Shown here: positions 47,383 to 52,736 of the stretch, in pieces
How the letters are laid out: every line of letters begins with the position of its first letter
How positions within the stretch are numbered: the first letter of the stretch is position 1
Source: a virus
Taxonomy: Duplodnaviria; Caudoviricetes
IMG/VR virus record: IMGVR_UViG_3300004777_000001
Span: 1 to 52,736 of that record
Length of the DNA: 52,736 bases
Strand: one strand, 5' to 3'
Made by a program: the position numbers and the translations under genes
The notes under the pieces: model-generated
Told to the model about the DNA's origin: nothing
The model's database searches: none
The model's input: the letters and a program-made list of their open reading frames with translations, nothing else

Positions 47383-48576
47383 TTATCCTACTTTCCATGC
47401 TGATCCATTGCTGAAGACAGGAATTTTGTTTCCTCCACCGCCAGTTACGCTCCCATTAAATGTGGTGCTTAAAGCGTCAGAAACAAATGCACGAAGGCCA
47501 GCATTTCCAGTTGCAGATGGGAGTTGAGAAACTAATACAGGAGTAGTAAAGTATGTTGCTCCAATTTGCACAACATTATTTGTGTCTTTAAGAACTATAG
47601 TTCCTGCCGCATCTGGAAGATTGATAATCCTATTTGCTGTGCTTGTTGCGTTGAATGTTGTCCTAGTTCCATCCAATCCAAGCTGGATATATCCTACATT
47701 TGTATCAATAGATCCACCTCCATCAGAAGTGTTAATGCCCCCTCCAGAAGAAGTTCTTCCGCTAGTATTTATAGAACCACCATTAGCTGGGTTTGTTATA
47801 TCTCCAGATGTATTAATATATCCACCATTTCCTCCTTGAGCAGAAGTATTAATATAACCTCCTGATGTTCCAATATCAGATGATGTATTAATATATCCAC
47901 CATCATTTGTTGCTGATGCGGCTGTATAAATATATCCTCCATTTGCGCCAATAGATCCTGTTGTATTTATTGATCCACCAACTCCACCTGCTCCAGCAGA
48001 TGTATTTATTGATCCTCCAACATAATTACTTTGAGCGGATGTGTTAATACTACCACCATTTCCAGCAAAAGATCCAGAAGTAGTAATAGAGCCAGCATCA
48101 CCTCCTGTTGCTCCTATCATGGTAATAAACCCACCCTGCCCTCCATCTACTCCATTACCTATAACGTCTAATCCCGCACTTCCTCCAGAAAGATTTATAC
48201 TCCCAGAGTAGCCTCCTGCGTGTGCATGACTTCCATCAAAAAGACCATTTCCTCCATCTAAAGTAATAGATCCCGGCCCTCCACCACTTCCTCCATCTGG
48301 GTCACTTGCGCCAACAACTGCTTGATATAAAGGCCAAGAAACTGTCCCACTAGCAACAAAAGATCCAACAGATAGTGATGAGAAACCACCAGAAGCTGAT
48401 GCAATACCTGTAGTTCCAGTAACGCTATTAAAAGTAACATCATCAGTCGTATTTAAAGACTGATTAAAAGGATTCCCTCCGCTTCCTCCAGCTACAACAG
48501 CATTGTAAATCTGCCAACGCTGTTCGCTGTCAGTCGTATCTACAAATTGACCAAATGTAAGAGGATCTACGGACAT
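47383..48576 (-). CDS. Gly-rich repeat fibre protein
   Basis: About 13-aa GG(S/Y)INTS repeats; C-terminal LPSA..RAFVSDA..GGG..PVFSNGSAW. Confidence 0.7.
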   Translation of the reverse strand: MSVDPLTFGQFVDTTDSEQRWQIYNAVVAGGSGGNPFNQSLNTTDDVTFNSVTGTTGIASASGGFSSLSVGSFVASGTVSWPLYQAVVGASDPDGGSGGGPGSITLDGGNGLFDGSHAHAGGYSGSINLSGGSAGLDVIGNGVDGGQGGFITMIGATGGDAGSITTSGSFAGNGGSINTSAQSNYVGGSINTSAGAGGVGGSINTTGSIGANGGYIYTAASATNDGGYINTSSDIGTSGGYINTSAQGGNGGYINTSGDITNPANGGSINTSGRTSSGGGINTSDGGGSIDTNVGYIQLGLDGTRTTFNATSTANRIINLPDAAGTIVLKDTNNVVQIGATYFTTPVLVSQLPSATGNAGLRAFVSDALSTTFNGSVTGGGGNKIPVFSNGSAWKVG

Positions 48577-48582
48577 AATATA

Positions 48583-48762
48583 TTAGGGATTTGCTATTGC
48601 ATTAAAGATCAACCAGCGTTGTTCGCTATCAGTTGTATCAATAAAATCTTCAAAGGACAATGCTGGAGTTCCGTTTTTTAGAAAAGCATTGTAAATCTGC
48701 CATCTCTGCTCATCGGCAGTCGTGTCAACGAAATCTTCAAAAGATAGAGGCGTTACAGACAT
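48583..48762 (-). CDS. 59-aa protein made of two copies of the N-terminal motif of the next fibre
   Basis: MSVTPLSFEDFVDTTADEQRWQIYNAFLKNGTPALSFEDFIDTTDSEQRWLIFNAIANP; not in the ORF track. Confidence 0.8.
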   Translation of the reverse strand: MSVTPLSFEDFVDTTADEQRWQIYNAFLKNGTPALSFEDFIDTTDSEQRWLIFNAIANP

Positions 48763-48772
48763 GGCAGTTTTA

Positions 48773-48807
48773 TGATGGAGCAGGGGGATCGAACCCCTGC
48801 CCCACCA
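48773..48807 (-). other. 14-bp hairpin with canonical T-loop (tRNA minihelix-like)
   Basis: TGGTGGGGCAGGGG-TTCGATC-CCCCTGCTCCATCA. Confidence 0.55.
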
Positions 48808-48814
48808 AGTTTAA

Positions 48815-49519
48815 TTACACAAGAAGACCAACAACGTACACATCACCATAGATCGCACCGATGCGACCAGCGGTATCAGCGGTGGTAGCTTCAGTAACTT
48901 TGTTTGGGTTGTAGTACGAGAAGGTCGTAGAGGTCGTGGAGATAACCTGAACAAGACCATTGTAAGAAGCTTCTCCAACAGTCAGAACCTTGACATACAC
49001 ACCGGGAACCAACCAAGACGGAACCGAAGAAACAGTCAGCGTCGAGATGTTGTTGGTGGTGGCGCGATTTGTCGTAGCAAGCGAAGGAACAGCGGCTTGC
49101 GTAACATTGACTCGGAGGGTCTGTGTCGAGGCGGCTCCATTAGAAGGAACAGCGGTCGAAACAGGAATCTGACCAAGAACGTAGTTAGAGGTAGCTTGGC
49201 TGGAGCTTGCTCCAAATCCAAACACCGACTGACTCAAGTTAGCACTAGCATTGGGGCTAGTAGCAACAGGAGTTGCAGGAAGCGTAAGGGGTTGGAATAC
49301 ATTCTCGTTGGTGATACCATCATCAATAGTGACAATGGCTTGAGTGCCATTCGTTCCAAGGGCATTCTTGTAAACGATAAACGCATTCGTAGGAATGAAC
49401 GTCTGCTCGTCATACTCAAGCTGACCAAGTGTGGCAGTTCCTGCAACAGTAAAGTCAACAGCCAAAGGGCCGAACTTGACTTGTGTCAGGTTATTAGGAG
49501 TGGGTTTGGGTACGGACAT
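48815..49519 (-). CDS. capsid decoration/accessory structural protein
   Basis: T/V/S-rich, 234 aa; downstream of capsid gene. Confidence 0.6.
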   Translation of the reverse strand: MSVPKPTPNNLTQVKFGPLAVDFTVAGTATLGQLEYDEQTFIPTNAFIVYKNALGTNGTQAIVTIDDGITNENVFQPLTLPATPVATSPNASANLSQSVFGFGASSSQATSNYVLGQIPVSTAVPSNGAASTQTLRVNVTQAAVPSLATTNRATTNNISTLTVSSVPSWLVPGVYVKVLTVGEASYNGLVQVISTTSTTFSYYNPNKVTEATTADTAGRIGAIYGDVYVVGLLV

Positions 49520-49538
49520 ATAATTAGTTTTTTAGATT

Positions 49539-49871
49539 TTAGTAGTAGCTAGGAGTGTTGTAAACAACATTGTTCAGAGTGTAGCTGACATAGACGTTAT
49601 CCGATCCAACATCCGATACAACAATCGGAGTTGCGAGAGGGCCAGATCCTGACAGGCTAACAGCACCAGAAAGAGAAACACCATTCACGGAGCAAGAGCC
49701 AGTACCATTAGCCGTGATCGACCAAGTAAGAGCACTCGTAGGAATAGTGAAGCTAGTTCCAGTAGCGACTGAAACAAAGTAGGGAGTCAGCGGTTGCCCA
49801 TACCCTGCGTAAAGCAGGGCAGGGGCGTTGAGAACGCTGGACGGGCCGTAGTTAGCGTTATTAAGGGACAT
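49539..49871 (-). CDS. minor capsid/decoration protein
   Basis: 110 aa; directly after capsid gene. Confidence 0.55.
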   Translation of the reverse strand: MSLNNANYGPSSVLNAPALLYAGYGQPLTPYFVSVATGTSFTIPTSALTWSITANGTGSCSVNGVSLSGAVSLSGSGPLATPIVVSDVGSDNVYVSYTLNNVVYNTPSYY

Positions 49872-49889
49872 TGTATGTTACCTTATTGA

Positions 49890-51299
49890 TTAGATGGGCT
49901 GATTCACCACGCTGGAGCAAACGTAGCAATCTGGGGTGTATTGCGGGACGTAGCTTGCAGACAGGGTGCAAGGAGCAGGAATGATCAGCTTGCTGGTGTT
50001 CAACCTGTGAAGGATGGAGTGCATCAGCGTAGGATCTTGGAACTGCATACCCATACGGAACTGGTTCCAGAAGAAACCTTGGTCGCGCTTGATGTTGCAC
50101 TCCCAATCAGGGTTCTTCCATTCCCAATCACCAGCATAGTTCTGGGTCATGCCTTGAGCCTCACCGATACCGCTCTGTGAAGGGCTGATCCACTTGATCA
50201 TGGCCTTGTTCACCCAAGGGTTGGTGATACCGAAGTCGGCATTGTTGTAGGCAGGGTTCTGGACGTATTTGCAACCAAGTTCCGTAGCAACGGGGACATA
50301 GGGCAGAACGCGAACCAGACGAGGCCAAGTGGACGGATCGTTGGCATTGAAGGTCAAGAGGGACGCATTGTAAGTCCAATCGACGTTCAGGCGAACACCA
50401 TTGATGTCGTTGCAGAAGGCGTAGTTTCCAATGACGCGATCAATACCAAGCGAGTATTGGAGTTGCTTGTCATCGAAATCGCTGACGCTCTCCCACCATC
50501 CACCAGACTGCTTGGCATACTGCCAAAGCTGACGGAGGACTCGGCTATCAGGAACGATAACCTCAAGGAGGGGGCGACCAGCGGCCTCGCTAACGTCGAG
50601 ACGATAGGCATCATCCTCGCGCTGGAGGTTGATGAGAATGTCATCAAGGGTGTCGAGAGACAGCAGACCAATGTTGGTAAGCTGGCTGGCAGGGAGCTTC
50701 ACATAGACATAGCCCATGTTGTAGCTACCCTCGTTCGTTCCCTCGAAAGGCTGAACGATGAACATCTGGTCATCCTCGGCAACACAGGAAACGAGGCTCT
50801 GCCCGTTGGAGATCGGAACCCACTTGTGTCCAGCACCACCGATCCAGTTGGAACGGGCGAACTCCTCATGGACGTTCTTGGTGATGTTGACGTTGGTAGC
50901 CATGATGTGATCCATCTCCTCCTGTGGGAAGAGGCGATACATGAAATCGGTAAGCTGATACCAATCGGTACGCATAGCCTTGGTGAAGAGGCTGAACGTA
51001 TAGCTTTCCGTGCCGGGGTGAGCAATCGTCTCAAACTGAACGTCATCCGCATTCTGGATGCAACGTCCACTCTGGACTTGTTGCCAAGGCTGATCTGGAT
51101 TGTACCAACCGCGACCGAAGCGGAATGCTTTCTGAGTCGGGAGAGTATTCAGAGGCCAAGTCTCGGTTTCGAGACGACCATAATAAATACTGTTTATGGC
51201 CATCTTCTTGATGAAGAATGGGTTATAGTAGGTGCGGGCTTCCCTAAACAGGGTGTCCACATCCTGACAGCTAGAGAATGTTACTCCGTTTTGTGCCAT
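49890..51299 (-). CDS. major capsid protein
   Basis: 469 aa; strongly C-ending codon bias suggesting high expression; follows scaffold; long A/C-rich leader. Confidence 0.7.
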   Translation of the reverse strand: MAQNGVTFSSCQDVDTLFREARTYYNPFFIKKMAINSIYYGRLETETWPLNTLPTQKAFRFGRGWYNPDQPWQQVQSGRCIQNADDVQFETIAHPGTESYTFSLFTKAMRTDWYQLTDFMYRLFPQEEMDHIMATNVNITKNVHEEFARSNWIGGAGHKWVPISNGQSLVSCVAEDDQMFIVQPFEGTNEGSYNMGYVYVKLPASQLTNIGLLSLDTLDDILINLQREDDAYRLDVSEAAGRPLLEVIVPDSRVLRQLWQYAKQSGGWWESVSDFDDKQLQYSLGIDRVIGNYAFCNDINGVRLNVDWTYNASLLTFNANDPSTWPRLVRVLPYVPVATELGCKYVQNPAYNNADFGITNPWVNKAMIKWISPSQSGIGEAQGMTQNYAGDWEWKNPDWECNIKRDQGFFWNQFRMGMQFQDPTLMHSILHRLNTSKLIIPAPCTLSASYVPQYTPDCYVCSSVVNQPI

Positions 51300-51340
51300 A
51301 TAGATAGGGTGTTAGTTGTTTTTGTGTTAGATTTGTTTAA

Positions 51341-51535
51341 CCACAAAAAAGGATCGCTCCCATTTGTGGTGGGTTTATGCGATCCGGCCTATCGCGTGAT
51401 TGCGTCATACCTTTCGATTATTGATTCTTGCCTTGGAACGCCGCTTTTATTTTTGAATCGGAGCTACCCGATTTAGTTCTTTGGCTTAAACCAACTTTCG
51501 TTGGGCGGCAATCGTGCCGTTATGTCAAACCCACC
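51341..51535 (-). ncRNA. putative structured RNA in the capsid gene leader
   Basis: GGTGGGTTT/AAACCCACC closing stem; hairpins with GAAA and GCGA tetraloops in the sense orientation. Confidence 0.55.
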
Positions 51536-51558
51536 TTTAATGAAAAATTGAAATGGTG

Positions 51559-51996
51559 TCAACAATATTTCTTTAGATATTTTATTCCAGCTTTTAATAA
51601 ATCAATTGAATCATCTAGATGGCCTATACCAGCATTGCATCTACGGCACAAAAGTCCTCTTATTTTATTGGTATGGTGGCAATGATCAACACACAATCTT
51701 TCGTTTGTTTTGCATTGTTTTTTACAAATTGCACATACTCCTTTTTGTTGAATTAGCATTTTCTCATACAAATCTGGAGTTAATCCAAACCTTCTTTTTA
51801 AGTCAGCTTTTCTACTTCTGTCCCAGAATGCTTTAGGATTTTTGTTGTAGCAATCTTTTGATGTTTCTGCATTGCGTTTCTTGTAATGCAAAAACTGTTC
51901 TGGGCTTAACCACCTTTCCCCATTCTTTGAGGATCGGTCATAAGCCCAGAATATCTTGTTATCTTCTTTACGAGTATCTCCACATTTCAATCTCAT
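51559..51996 (-). CDS. endonuclease VII-family homing endonuclease
   Basis: Q.GVCAIC..LCVDHCH..IRGLLCRRCNAGIG. Confidence 0.9.
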   Translation of the reverse strand: MRLKCGDTRKEDNKIFWAYDRSSKNGERWLSPEQFLHYKKRNAETSKDCYNKNPKAFWDRSRKADLKRRFGLTPDLYEKMLIQQKGVCAICKKQCKTNERLCVDHCHHTNKIRGLLCRRCNAGIGHLDDSIDLLKAGIKYLKKYC

Positions 51997-52031
51997 GCAT
52001 AATAGATTATGCGTGAAATCTACTATGTCAA

Positions 52032-52736
52032 CTACCGATTTTGAAACTTACGAAAAAGAGCTTCAGGTGTACGTTCTTCCTGTGCATTAGCTTTGCCAGC
52101 AGAAGAAGATCCAATGTTTCCATCAGACGTTCCTGATCCCCTCATCTTGCGAATCGTTTCGTTAAGTTCTGCAACTTGTTTTTCAAGTGCGAAAGTATAA
52201 GCTCGTTGCTTCTTGAACTTGGCTCCCTGTTGGAGAACACGGGTAATTTGTTCAGGAGCAAAATTGCTGTTCTCACGGAGAGCGGCTTCTGCAATAAGCT
52301 CATCTTCCGTATTGTCATCATCAATATTTTGGGAAGAGATAATCTTTGCAACCTCTTCTGGATACTTGATTGCATCATCAAGTTGTTGCTTGGCTTGGGA
52401 GTAAGCATCTTGCCAACGCTTTCCAATTTGGGACTTTGCCATCGAAGCTCGACGAGCTTTTTCCTCATCAGCTTGCGCTTTGGTTGTTTCCCAGTTCAGA
52501 AGTGCATTATTCCTAGCCTCAATCTTTCCAAGAACATCGTAAGCAGTCTGGTTAAACTTTGCTTGCTCCATTGGAGAAAGATTCTCGTAGATGGAATTAA
52601 GCGTTTGCTTGGAAATCTCACGCTGGCGAAGTCGTTCGTTTTCATCGTTGGAACGGAGTGAGGTTTCGTAAGCGGCAACTGCTTTCTCAAATTCAGTCAA
52701 TGATGTGTGATCATCACCAATAATCATCTTGACCTG
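52032..52736 (-). CDS. 3' part of putative scaffolding protein (continues from 711..1)
   Basis: In frame across the terminal repeat; coiled coil. Confidence 0.75.
   Translation of the reverse strand, partial: QVKMIIGDDHTSLTEFEKAVAAYETSLRSNDENERLRQREISKQTLNSIYENLSPMEQAKFNQTAYDVLGKIEARNNALLNWETTKAQADEEKARRASMAKSQIGKRWQDAYSQAKQQLDDAIKYPEEVAKIISSQNIDDDNTEDELIAEAALRENSNFAPEQITRVLQQGAKFKKQRAYTFALEKQVAELNETIRKMRGSGTSDGNIGSSSAGKANAQEERTPEALFRKFQNR
52647..52736. repeat. 90-bp direct terminal repeat, copy 2
   Basis: Identical to 1-90. Confidence 0.97.

Noticed and set aside
48760-48815. Third tRNA gene
   Set aside because: Only a T-loop hairpin is present; there is no D or anticodon arm and no correctly placed CCA.
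51390-51440. c-di-GMP-I riboswitch call
   Set aside because: Only partial resemblance; the second hairpin and P1 consensus could not be fitted.
50457-51476. 339-aa antisense ORF over the capsid gene (likewise 1001..1663 over portal)
   Set aside because: Shadow ORFs expected from codon bias on the opposite strand; no recognisable motifs.
1-52736. Stop-codon reassignment
   Set aside because: Large genes are intact in the standard code and there is no suppressor tRNA.

Overview
This window is an apparently complete, circularly permuted tailed dsDNA phage genome of about 52,646 bp. Bases 1-90 repeat exactly as 52647-52736, and a coiled-coil gene runs across that junction. The layout is podovirus-like. 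The long leftward late arm (about 52 kb down to 26.4 kb, plus 4.5 kb down to 0) encodes portal, scaffold-like protein, major capsid, decoration and fibre proteins, a lysis cassette (GH108 endolysin, holins, u-spanin-like lipoprotein), tail tube/nozzle proteins, three ejection-type proteins (one of 2327 aa with 3D and GNAT-like domains) and a two-domain glycosyltransferase. The rightward arm (14-26.4 kb) has many small early genes, a RecT-like annealing protein, a Cas4-like exonuclease, SSB, a replication-protein fragment and a C5 DNA methyltransferase whose second subunit is fully nested in the +1 frame. TerL and an accessory operon (arginine dihydrolase/amidinotransferase-like enzyme, MazG-like protein, metallophosphoesterase, tRNA-Gln, tRNA-Asn) lie at 4.6-11.6 kb, and TerS is at 13 kb. 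I saw no integrase, DNA polymerase, primase, helicase, RT or CRISPR array. The most notable signals are the dual-coded methyltransferase, the guanidino-modifying enzyme, near-total avoidance of GCWGC and CCWGG, several structured non-coding regions (capsid leader, G6-TA-G6 region, tRNA-minihelix-like hairpin) and modules shared between genes. All product calls come from reading motifs by eye; no database searches were run.
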